Below are positions 29,148 through 37,453 of a stretch of 55,870 nucleotides of DNA, piece by piece. The stretch comes from a virus (Duplodnaviria > Caudoviricetes). The stretch is taken from positions 1 through 55,870 of IMG/VR virus record IMGVR_UViG_3300021961_000124; one strand, given 5' to 3'. Every line of letters starts with the position of its first letter. Position 1 is the first letter of the stretch. Below the pieces are notes generated by a model that made no database searches, was not told the DNA's origin, and was given only the letters and a program-made list of their open reading frames with translations. A program made the position numbers and the translations under genes.

Positions 29148-29321
29148 TTACTCTGCTTTCCAGATAGTCCAAGCACCATACGCAATAGCGCCGTAAGCTA
29201 CTAGAGCAGCGATTGGCTTGAAGATTAGGAACGCAACGCCTGCAATAATTAATACAGCACCATCCCAGGATGTGCGTTCCTTAAGACGATCGTTTACCCA
29301 TTTTGTTACTAAATTTATCAT
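29148..29321 (-). CDS. 57-aa two-TM membrane protein
   Basis: Not in ORF track. MINLVTKWVNDRLKERTSWDGAVLIIAGVAFLIFKPIAALVAYGAIAYGAWTIWKAE; AAGGAG RBS; ATG overlaps the upstream TGA. Confidence 0.75.
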   Translation of the reverse strand: MINLVTKWVNDRLKERTSWDGAVLIIAGVAFLIFKPIAALVAYGAIAYGAWTIWKAE

Positions 29322-29611
29322 TGTTTACTCCTTACATAGCTTTCTAGTGCTTCTAGCGAGCGTTCTTGTCTAGCTAGTTTACGTTCAAGAATATCAAGGG
29401 CTGCTCTCTGCTTTCTTGATTGTTCTTCTAAACTGCGAACATATTCTAGTGTTGGAATTTCTTTCTGAGAGCCGTCTTCAGCAACCATAGTAAAACGATC
29501 GACGCCCTGTGCTTTTAGACCGCCCGTTACACGATTTGGATTTTTATCTGAAGAGTGAGTTAAAGCTGGTTGTTGCCTATTTCTACCATACATTAAATTC
29601 AAATAGCTCAT
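29318..29611 (-). CDS. hypothetical coiled-coil protein
   Basis: 97 aa with a C-terminal heptad pattern; GGAGG RBS. Confidence 0.7.
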   Translation of the reverse strand: MSYLNLMYGRNRQQPALTHSSDKNPNRVTGGLKAQGVDRFTMVAEDGSQKEIPTLEYVRSLEEQSRKQRAALDILERKLARQERSLEALESYVRSKQ

Positions 29612-30357
29612 TTAATTCCTCCGTTAAAGTATTTATTTAAAATTTCTTTGATTTTGAATAAACTTTTATATTCTAATATGTTATCACTCATGCTATTAAT
29701 ACTATCTACTATGACTTGACGCTTTTCAATGTCATCCCAAAATGTGCTTAAAGGACAGGTTTCAACATTTACAAAAAACAAACTGGTTTCGTTATCTCCT
29801 AACGGCATTGTGGTTTGAGTTTCCATTCTAAAATACAAGTCGTCTATAGTTGTATGCCTAGTAACTTCAGGTTTATTAATTTTAGGATGATTGCTTAATT
29901 CACCTGTTGTACTTATAGTCCATACATATCTACGCATACTACTTTGAGTTGCCATTGTTTCTGCAATTCGTCGACTCATTTTTCTTAACATTTCGCCGTC
30001 ACCCACCGGACCGTGTATTTCTGTTAAACTTAATCCTACACGTTCACTAGGTACCCATGAACTAGGATAGCAAAAACATATTGCTTCTAACACACCTTTG
30101 TGCATAATAGCAACATCTTCTTTGAAGTTTAAAGAAAATTCAACTATATTGTCGGTGATAATTGGAACGTCTAGTAGTCTACAGGCCTGTTTTACTAGAT
30201 CTGGTCTACGAGAGGCATACAAGTCTGTACTAAAACGATTAAGCTCAAATGTTTTATCTTTAATATGCGAAAAGTTTTCAACTGTCTCATAAACTGTGCC
30301 TGTGTTTTTCGACATGACAGGCGTTGTTCGATATGGAACTGAGACTGGAAAATACAT
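29608..30357 (-). CDS. heme-dependent oxidative N-demethylase alpha-like protein (DUF3445)
   Basis: ED.AI...L.A.C.C.PS.W...E..G..L.EIH.PV, R..W and R.E.QT motifs. Confidence 0.78.
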   Translation of the reverse strand: MYFPVSVPYRTTPVMSKNTGTVYETVENFSHIKDKTFELNRFSTDLYASRRPDLVKQACRLLDVPIITDNIVEFSLNFKEDVAIMHKGVLEAICFCYPSSWVPSERVGLSLTEIHGPVGDGEMLRKMSRRIAETMATQSSMRRYVWTISTTGELSNHPKINKPEVTRHTTIDDLYFRMETQTTMPLGDNETSLFFVNVETCPLSTFWDDIEKRQVIVDSINSMSDNILEYKSLFKIKEILNKYFNGGIK

Positions 30358-30358
30358 G

Positions 30359-31462
30359 TTAAGCTAATTCAAACTCAGGAATTATACTCACGGGTTCTTT
30401 AAAGCCCTTCCAGAACTTATATAGTTCAATACTTGCTAAGTTCTTATGCTTTGATTCACACATAATATCAAAGTTATCAATAAACGACAGTGCCCATTCA
30501 TTAGCAAAACGGTTAGGATAGTTGTCGCTGTGTGCTCGCAACTTTTGTTTCTTATGTCCTGCTTCAAGTAGTCTATTCATATCAGGAAGACTGTCATGTT
30601 TAAACTCTATAGGCAAATGTTCGTTGCGGCTATATGAATAATGCATTACAGGACGAACACCTCTCCAACTATCTATTATGCGTAGAAGTCTATCGTCGGC
30701 GGGCTGAATGTATTCTCCTGTAGCGACCCAGTGATGGTGTATGTCAAGCACGAGTGCGACATGTTTTTCAAGTTCGAGGCTGGTGTCGATGCCCCATGAC
30801 ATTTCGTCGTTTTCGATTGTAATTGTATTTCGTGCTTCCGGCGAGAGTTTTGGTAAAACATCAATGATGCCTTGTGGGCCTCGGCGACCCGAAATGTGTA
30901 CGTTGACTTTAAAGTCTTGCCACGTCCGGCCGTAACCCATCCATCTCGCCATGTCAACATGATATTCAAACTCCTCTATACTACGCTCTACAATTTCAGC
31001 ATTGTCGCTAGCCAATACAGTAAACTGACCAGGATGCATAGATAGCCTAACGTCAAGACGCCGAGCCAAATCACCAACTTTGATAAATTCTCTTGCACAA
31101 AACTCACGTACACTACTAGTGCGCCAAAAATAACTCCAGCTTGACTCAGTATAAACAGGTAACACATCGCTGCCCAGGCGGACCATTCGTAACTCATTAG
31201 GCAAACTTCCTACATACTCCACTAGGTTGTATATTGCTTGAATATTATGTACCATAATATCCCACAACCTTTGTTCTGCAACTTCGCGTGACTGGCGGTT
31301 AAGCCAGGCAACTGTAGTCGACTTGGTATTTAGTGGACGTTGGATTTCTTCAAGAAGTTTGGGTTTTAGTGTTTGGTCGCGATGCATGTACTTACATGCA
31401 AAACCGATACGCTGCTGTTGTGCCTTCATAAAATCGCCTGCTGTTGTAAATTTTAAGTCCAT
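30359..31462 (-). CDS. uvsE: UV damage endonuclease (UvsE/UVDE)
   Basis: RIGFACK, RLSMHPGQF..LAS, IENDE, LDIHHH and RAHSD motifs. Confidence 0.94.
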   Translation of the reverse strand: MDLKFTTAGDFMKAQQQRIGFACKYMHRDQTLKPKLLEEIQRPLNTKSTTVAWLNRQSREVAEQRLWDIMVHNIQAIYNLVEYVGSLPNELRMVRLGSDVLPVYTESSWSYFWRTSSVREFCAREFIKVGDLARRLDVRLSMHPGQFTVLASDNAEIVERSIEEFEYHVDMARWMGYGRTWQDFKVNVHISGRRGPQGIIDVLPKLSPEARNTITIENDEMSWGIDTSLELEKHVALVLDIHHHWVATGEYIQPADDRLLRIIDSWRGVRPVMHYSYSRNEHLPIEFKHDSLPDMNRLLEAGHKKQKLRAHSDNYPNRFANEWALSFIDNFDIMCESKHKNLASIELYKFWKGFKEPVSIIPEFELA

Positions 31463-31467
31463 AGTTT

Positions 31468-31496
31468 ATTATATTGCCTTTATTGATAATTGTCAA
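31468..31496 (-). promoter_or_regulatory. sigma70-like promoter of uvsE
   Basis: Perfect TTGACA-N17-TATAAT, only 5 nt before the first ATG. Confidence 0.8.
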
Positions 31497-32098
31497 TCAT
31501 ATGTTTCTTTATAGTTAAAACTAATTACAATTCTATTGTCATATTGGTTTTCATCAGTGCCGTGCTCCAACCAACTTGGAAATAATATGCAACGACCTGT
31601 ATCAACTTTTACATCTACATATTTTGATGTATACATAGATCCATCAAATGCTGGTGCTTCAGACATTCTATATATTGAAGTGGGATTGATAAAAAATAAA
31701 TCAGCACAATCTTCACCGGCATCTATATACAGTGCTCCGCTTATTGAAGAACGTTCATGCCTATGGGGTATAACGTTGCTGCCTTTCGGCATTACGTTAA
31801 ACCAGCTGTTAACTAGTGTTTGTTCTCGAAGCCCCAAATGTTGCCTATAATAGTCAACACACTCATCTATATCTTTTCTAAGAGTTTCTAATTCTGGTGC
31901 TGTTAATATACATTTTCCTAAACCCCACGACGACTTACCGTCCGACATTAGAGCATGTTCGTCTGCTTGATTATGTTTTACTTCTTGTTCTATTAGAGAT
32001 TTTGCAGTTAACAAATTGGGATTGTTTGACAGGTCAAACAATCCTATCGGAATTGCAAACAAATCATTAAACGATACTTTAATTTTTGTGTCCGTCAT
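31493..32098 (-). CDS. putative 2OG-Fe(II) oxygenase (TIGR02466-like)
   Basis: SWFN, HRH, ISGALY, LFPSWLEH and RIVISFN motifs. Confidence 0.88.
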   Translation of the reverse strand: MTDTKIKVSFNDLFAIPIGLFDLSNNPNLLTAKSLIEQEVKHNQADEHALMSDGKSSWGLGKCILTAPELETLRKDIDECVDYYRQHLGLREQTLVNSWFNVMPKGSNVIPHRHERSSISGALYIDAGEDCADLFFINPTSIYRMSEAPAFDGSMYTSKYVDVKVDTGRCILFPSWLEHGTDENQYDNRIVISFNYKETYD

Positions 32099-32099
32099 G

Positions 32100-32801
32100 T
32101 CATACCCAATTTTCTTTACACCATTCATCGATACAATTGTGTGGATTAGGATCACCGTGGAATACAGCGATACTAGCTTCGTCTTTTATTTTTGGAACTC
32201 CTGGCTCAATAAAATTCCTATTGCCTCTGTTATCTCGCGTCATCGCAGGTTTTCCTCTCATCTCCCATTTGTAACTTTGTATCCATTCGTCAGGCCAAAA
32301 TTCAAAATCTGTTTTAATTACATCTCTAATCCAGTCTTGGTCACCGTGATATCGTTTAATCACTGCACTAGGTTGTTTGATAAAATTATCATAAACATTA
32401 CGGTGTTGCCCTGTTGTTAACCTAAAAACGCTACTATTAAATTTTTGATAGTTTTTAACTACATACCTATTAAAATCTCGTATAATCAAGAAGTTCCCAG
32501 GTTTGTAAGTAAACAGTTTGTCGATATTACGAAATATAATTAAATCTAAGTCTAAGAATAATATAGTACCATGTAAATTTAACCCAGGATTAAAAAACAT
32601 AGGCTTATACCACCAACCTGACACTCCTGACAGAAGTTTTAAATCTCTTACAGTTACGTTAGTATTGATACCTTTTGAGTTTTCAGTAAAACATATAAAC
32701 TCATGCGGAACTGTTAAATTACGCTGTACCATAGAGTACAGTTTATTAACATATTCCGCAGAATACTTGTCACCGTATTTTAAACAAACAACGTAGTTCA
32801 T
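32100..32801 (-). CDS. GT-A glycosyltransferase
   Basis: CLKYGDKY..EYV, GWWYK, DxD motif (FLDLD), NSSV, GDQ and FHG.P.P. Confidence 0.82.
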   Translation of the reverse strand: MNYVVCLKYGDKYSAEYVNKLYSMVQRNLTVPHEFICFTENSKGINTNVTVRDLKLLSGVSGWWYKPMFFNPGLNLHGTILFLDLDLIIFRNIDKLFTYKPGNFLIIRDFNRYVVKNYQKFNSSVFRLTTGQHRNVYDNFIKQPSAVIKRYHGDQDWIRDVIKTDFEFWPDEWIQSYKWEMRGKPAMTRDNRGNRNFIEPGVPKIKDEASIAVFHGDPNPHNCIDEWCKENWV

Positions 32802-33370
32802 TAACCTTCGTAGATCGCAGAATTGGCACTATGTTCAAAAACTTCAGCACTCTTTAGGTTAACACCTTGTCCAACAGGATAACGTGCTTCAAAAGTTTTT
32901 CCGTTTGGAAGTGTGTATGTTCCGCCGTTTTTGTAAGTGTCTAGAATAGCTTTCATGTTATTGAATACAAGCTCTGCAAATTTCTCGCAGCCTACTCCTG
33001 ACACAACTCTAAGATCGCAAACTGCGCCACGCTCGTTTGGAGGAATGTCTGTTGGGATCTTTCCAGTACCTGAATGAAACGGATCTCCTATGTGCGACAA
33101 CTGCACAAACCTATCCAAATAGGGATCGTCTTGTGCAATAATCAGAGTGTGATCGAACATGTATTCTGACCATTCTTTAAATGCTTTAAGTCCACCAAAG
33201 TCCATAACCCAGTTACGATCATCTAGTGTTTCGCTTTCAAAGACAAGTTTAATACCAATTGAATATCCATGTAGCAGTGAACAATGTGAATGTGTACTGC
33301 GCCATTGTCTAAATGTGCAAGATAGACCTCTATCGTTGCCGTATGTTTTTGTTGAATAATATTTTGCCAT
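32801..33370 (-). CDS. queD: 6-pyruvoyl/6-carboxy-tetrahydropterin synthase (QueD/PTPS family)
   Basis: HCSLLHGY, MDFG.LK, FDH, GCE and E..NSA.Y motifs; start MAKYY after AAGGAG. Confidence 0.85.
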   Translation of the reverse strand: MAKYYSTKTYGNDRGLSCTFRQWRSTHSHCSLLHGYSIGIKLVFESETLDDRNWVMDFGGLKAFKEWSEYMFDHTLIIAQDDPYLDRFVQLSHIGDPFHSGTGKIPTDIPPNERGAVCDLRVVSGVGCEKFAELVFNNMKAILDTYKNGGTYTLPNGKTFEARYPVGQGVNLKSAEVFEHSANSAIYEG

Positions 33371-33450
33371 CTCTAGTCTCCTTTTTAGGTAGCAAGTTTG
33401 ATGACACGCAGAGTATTTAGAGTGGGATGAATGCCTAAGGCCACTTGTTG
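33371..33450 (-). ncRNA. candidate preQ1-I-like cis-regulatory RNA in the queD 5' UTR
   Basis: AGUGG-(CCUUAGGCAUUCAUC)-CCACU hairpin followed by CUAAAUAC; lies between a TTGACA-N17-TAATAT promoter and the queD RBS. Confidence 0.45.
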
Positions 33451-33461
33451 TTAACAATTAT

Positions 33462-33490
33462 ATATTAACTTATATTACTTATTCTGTCAA
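33462..33490 (-). promoter_or_regulatory. sigma70-like promoter of queD
   Basis: TTGACA(33490-33485)-N17-TAATAT(33467-33462). Confidence 0.6.
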
Positions 33491-34052
33491 GAGAAACATT
33501 GCGCTCTTTCCAGGCTTTGGGCAACTCCCAACCGTCTTCTTGATATACTATAAATTTTGTTTTTGGAAAACATTGAAACACCATGCCAATTTGATGTATC
33601 CAATATCTGGAATCAATGGCAGCACTGGTACTTTCTTTGTATCCGTTAGTATCTTTATATACGTTGTTAATTAACTGATTCTTGCTATATAAGTCAAATC
33701 CTAACAACTTAACTTCTCGTTCGTGCGAGTAATTAGCAGCAATTAGTACAGCATACGGCCCACTACCCCAATGATGAGGGTCATCCCATCTATTAATATC
33801 CTGATAAGGAAGATCGGGTACTGCTCTTAAATTAGAAACATTTGGATAACGCAACATCGATTGTTGTCTTGTATAAATCAACGTTGGATAAGTTATTTTT
33901 CGACGAACTGCTTCGTCAACCATTTTTGTATCAATACATACTAGATAATCTAGGTTAAAATCTCGCATTGCACCATTACACCCAACTAATGGACCATTAA
34001 GTGCAGAAACATCAATTCCTGCACGACTTTCACCGTTGCCAATTACTAACAT
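33465..34052 (-). CDS. MptE/DUF115- or sialyltransferase-like Rossmann protein
   Basis: VIGNGESR, GCN, YLVCID, SG..A..IA and LLGFD motifs. Confidence 0.6.
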   Translation of the reverse strand: MLVIGNGESRAGIDVSALNGPLVGCNGAMRDFNLDYLVCIDTKMVDEAVRRKITYPTLIYTRQQSMLRYPNVSNLRAVPDLPYQDINRWDDPHHWGSGPYAVLIAANYSHEREVKLLGFDLYSKNQLINNVYKDTNGYKESTSAAIDSRYWIHQIGMVFQCFPKTKFIVYQEDGWELPKAWKERNVSLDRISNIS

Positions 34053-34102
34053 ACGAATATTTAAATAAATACACATAATAAAAATTCATTTTAGGATCTA
34101 TT

Positions 34103-36136
34103 ATGGCAGGTGCAGCATACTACGACTTTTTTAGAAAAATTACTTTACAGCCTGATGGTGTGACGCTGGAGGCTGACAGTACTTCGGACACGCTAACAAT
34201 TACTGGCGGAAATGGTGTTGCGTTTAATCCCGATGCTATTACTGATAGTTTTGAAATTGATGTGAACTACCAAATATACGTTCCTATTGGATCGACTTCT
34301 ATTCATTTACAGGATGTAAATGCAAACACATCAGCAGTTTCGTTAACTCCTGGGTCTAATATTGTTATCAGCAGAATTTCTGATAACGAACTTGAAATTA
34401 TTGCTACAGTTGGCGGCGCAAGCAAAAGTATTTCTACTATAAGTGCTACAAATCCTGTTATTGTTACAACCACTTCTGATCATAGTTTTACAGAAGGTAC
34501 TGAAGTTACTATTACTGATGTTGTAGGTATGATAGAAGTTAACGGTAACGAATACTATATGGATATCCTTACCGGAAACACGTTTGCATTGTACTCTGAT
34601 CCAAGTCTAACAGTCCCAGTTGACGGGACCACATTTACACCTTACAGTACAGGCGGTGTTGCAACTGCTGACTATACCTCTGCTAAAGCAATTAGTGCAT
34701 TAGTAGACGTAACACTAACTTCACCAGTAGAAAATCAGATTCTAATATACGAAGGCGGTGAATGGGTAAACTCAAGTACCTTTACTGGTAATGTAATTGG
34801 CAATGCTTCTTCAGCAACTACAGCAACTACAGCAACTACAGCAACTACAGCAACTACACTAGTAACTGCTCGTACAATTAGTTTAACAGGTGATGTTACT
34901 GGTAGTGTAAGTTTTAATGGTGGCGCAGATGTTTCTATCGCAGCAACAATTGCTGCTAATAGCGTGGCACTGGGCACTGACACAACGGGTAACTATGTTG
35001 CCGCAGGTGCTACAAGTGGTAACGGTATTAGTGGTAGCGTAAGCAGTGAAGGCGGAACATTTACAGTTACATCAAATGCAACTAACGCAAACACTGCTTC
35101 AACTATTGTTTTCCGCGATGCAAGCGGTAACTTTAGTGCTGGCACAATTACTGCTTCACTTAACGGTAATGTAACAGGCAATGTAACAGGCGACCTAAAA
35201 GGATCAGTATTTGGTGACGACTCAACTACTATTGTTGATGGTGTTAATGGCGGAGTATATGCTACCGCTCTTAGAACAAGCGAAACTGCTATTGCTCTTG
35301 GATATCTTGCAGGAGATATAAACCAGGCTGATAGAGCAATTGCCATTGGTAAACTAGCAGGTTGGTCAGATCAAGGTTTAGCCAGTATTGCTATTGGAGA
35401 GACAGCAGGTAATACCACACAAGGGGAAACTGCTATCGCAATAGGTTATCAGGCAGGCAATGCTAATCAAGCTGATAGCACCATTGCTATAGGTTATCAG
35501 GCAGGACAAACTTACCAGAGCCAGTATGGTATAGCTATAGGTGCAGGTGCAGGCAAGGAAAGCCAACAGCAAGATGCTATTGCTATTGGACGCAACGCAG
35601 GCCGTATAGGTTGGGGTATAGGTGCGGGAAGTGATACAATTGCTATCGGTGGACTTGCAGGATATCAGTCACAGGCACAGTACGCTATTGCAATTGGTTA
35701 TACTGCCGGTCGTGGCGGTCAAGGACAAGACGCTATTGCTATAGGGCGTTTTGCAGGATTTGATGGAACTATCTCAGCACAATTACCTAACAGTATTGTA
35801 ATAAATGCAACAGGCAATTACCTGCCGTCGAGCAGCTATTCAGGATTGTTTATTGCACCTATTAATAATAGTGCTAGTGGTAATAATTTTTTAACGTATA
35901 ACACAATTACCAAAGAAATAAAACATACAAGCACACTAACTGGAGATTTGAATGGCAGTGTATTTGCAGATGATTCTACAGTATTAGTTGACAGCGTTAA
36001 TGGAATAATAAATCTAGTAAATAGCACAACAGATAACTTAACAGAAGGTTCAACTAACCTTTACTATACAGATGCAAGAGCACAGACTGCTACAACTGGT
36101 AGAGCTATTGCAATGTCAATGATTTTTGGAGGATAA
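34103..36136 (+). CDS. tail fibre protein with FCCH-like domain and YadA-like head repeats
   Basis: ISATNPVIVTTTSDHSFTEG...GMIEVNG (E1-FCCH-like); ARTISLTGDVTGSVSFNG; about 11 AIAIG..AG repeats; GSVFxDDST twice; EGSTNLYYTDAR. Confidence 0.82.
   Translation: MAGAAYYDFFRKITLQPDGVTLEADSTSDTLTITGGNGVAFNPDAITDSFEIDVNYQIYVPIGSTSIHLQDVNANTSAVSLTPGSNIVISRISDNELEIIATVGGASKSISTISATNPVIVTTTSDHSFTEGTEVTITDVVGMIEVNGNEYYMDILTGNTFALYSDPSLTVPVDGTTFTPYSTGGVATADYTSAKAISALVDVTLTSPVENQILIYEGGEWVNSSTFTGNVIGNASSATTATTATTATTATTLVTARTISLTGDVTGSVSFNGGADVSIAATIAANSVALGTDTTGNYVAAGATSGNGISGSVSSEGGTFTVTSNATNANTASTIVFRDASGNFSAGTITASLNGNVTGNVTGDLKGSVFGDDSTTIVDGVNGGVYATALRTSETAIALGYLAGDINQADRAIAIGKLAGWSDQGLASIAIGETAGNTTQGETAIAIGYQAGNANQADSTIAIGYQAGQTYQSQYGIAIGAGAGKESQQQDAIAIGRNAGRIGWGIGAGSDTIAIGGLAGYQSQAQYAIAIGYTAGRGGQGQDAIAIGRFAGFDGTISAQLPNSIVINATGNYLPSSSYSGLFIAPINNSASGNNFLTYNTITKEIKHTSTLTGDLNGSVFADDSTVLVDSVNGIINLVNSTTDNLTEGSTNLYYTDARAQTATTGRAIAMSMIFGG
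34812..34856 (+). repeat. 9-nt tandem repeat (CAGCAACTA)x5 encoding (ATT)5
   Basis: Five perfect in-frame copies read directly from the sequence. Confidence 0.95.
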
Positions 36137-36137
36137 A

Positions 36138-36497
36138 ATGGCAGCACCAAATATAGTAGGTGTAACAACGATTACAGCAAAAACAGCTGGTCAAGCAGTT
36201 ACTACTTCTCCTACGGCTATTGTAACTAATGCTAGCGGTAGCGGAGAAGTATATAAAATTAACACACTAATTGCTGGTAATGTAACAGGTAGTGCTCAAA
36301 CAATAAGTGTTCAAGTTTTTAAAAACCAAGCAACACAATATAGAATAGCAACCGCTGTTTCTGTACCAGGGAATTCAACTATTGTTATACTTGCTAAAGA
36401 CAGTTCAATTTACTTAGAAGAAAATGATAGCTTGAGAATTTCCGCAGGCAATGCAAGTGCATTAGAAGCTGTTTGTAGTTACGAAGTGATCAGCTAA
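36138..36497 (+). CDS. small tail-associated beta-sandwich protein
   Basis: MAAPNIV...YKINTL...VP.NST...YLEE.DSL...SYE; GGAGG RBS; follows the tail fibre. Confidence 0.72.
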   Translation: MAAPNIVGVTTITAKTAGQAVTTSPTAIVTNASGSGEVYKINTLIAGNVTGSAQTISVQVFKNQATQYRIATAVSVPGNSTIVILAKDSSIYLEENDSLRISAGNASALEAVCSYEVIS

Positions 36498-36498
36498 T

Positions 36499-37047
36499 AT
36501 GTTTAGATGGCGAAACGGAGGAGTAAGAGGAGCAAAAATAGGAACGTCTTCTCGTATACTATCTGCTGACCAACCCCGTGGCCGTGGCAATGGCGGAATT
36601 ATTGGTAATCGTCGAATAGATAGCAACCTAGATAACAATGTTAACAAAACCAGCGGCATTTGGGACATTGACGGTATAACACTTGTTAGTCATAACGTTA
36701 CTACTACTGAAACTGTAGATAATTCTTATTATGAATATCCTCCACCTTATGAAGATTTTGCGGAAACTAGCAGAAGTTATCTAGGTGGCGGATATAGATG
36801 GTTTCCGGGTGCTGATGCTACGAATTGCGGAATGCCAACATGGCCGGATGGTGATATGGGTGGACATAGTGGTAGTAATTTACAAAGGACATGGACTCAA
36901 GTAGGGAGCGTAAATTGCTCTGGTTGGATATTTGACGTATATCAAGTAAACGGCTATTATTACACAGTTTATCCTGCTCCAATCTATCACGAAGTCATTG
37001 AAAATATTCAAGTAACGAATACATACAGTGTATGGAATTATTTTTAA
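36499..37047 (+). CDS. putative tail fibre tip/adhesin
   Basis: NGG.IG and SGIW N-terminal motifs typical of short tail proteins; aromatic-rich C-terminus. Confidence 0.55.
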   Translation: MFRWRNGGVRGAKIGTSSRILSADQPRGRGNGGIIGNRRIDSNLDNNVNKTSGIWDIDGITLVSHNVTTTETVDNSYYEYPPPYEDFAETSRSYLGGGYRWFPGADATNCGMPTWPDGDMGGHSGSNLQRTWTQVGSVNCSGWIFDVYQVNGYYYTVYPAPIYHEVIENIQVTNTYSVWNYF

Positions 37048-37063
37048 AAATAGGATTAATATT

Positions 37064-37453
37064 ATGGCACTAGCATTTCAAATTGACGAATTTCAAACAA
37101 TACTTAAAAAAGCAGACGGAAAAATCTTACGATCCAATGCTAGACCTCCTATGAGCTTTGATTATGAGGTTTTAACATTTACCGAACAAGATAAAAGTCG
37201 ATTTTGGGCAGGTCAGCGATATAATCTAACTACTGACGAAATAGCTGAAGTACAGGCTTATGTTGACAGTGTTGAAGAGGACACTAACCTAACAGATCAC
37301 ATGACTGTGATTCATCAAGCTAAAAAAATACTTGCAGCAACTGACTGGTACGTTGTTAGGTTGTTAGAAACTGGAACTCCTGTTCCAGAGGACATATCTA
37401 ATATGAGAACACTTGCTCGAAAAAATATAAACGATGCAGAATCAAATATGTAA
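37064..37453 (+). CDS. tail fibre assembly chaperone-like protein
   Basis: C-terminal L.ATDWYVVR..E.G..VP.D....R..AR motif. Confidence 0.7.
   Translation: MALAFQIDEFQTILKKADGKILRSNARPPMSFDYEVLTFTEQDKSRFWAGQRYNLTTDEIAEVQAYVDSVEEDTNLTDHMTVIHQAKKILAATDWYVVRLLETGTPVPEDISNMRTLARKNINDAESNM

Noticed and set aside
33371-33457. 29-aa N-terminal extension of QueD in the ORF track
   Set aside because: A strong AAGGAG precedes MAKYY at 33370; the extension spans the predicted TSS and 5' UTR structure.
35281-35760. Periodic ~42-nt repeats as a possible CRISPR array or DGR template
   Set aside because: They are degenerate in-frame codons for YadA-like AIAIG repeats; there are no identical repeats with unique spacers, no cas or reverse transcriptase gene, and no adenine-specific TR/VR pair.
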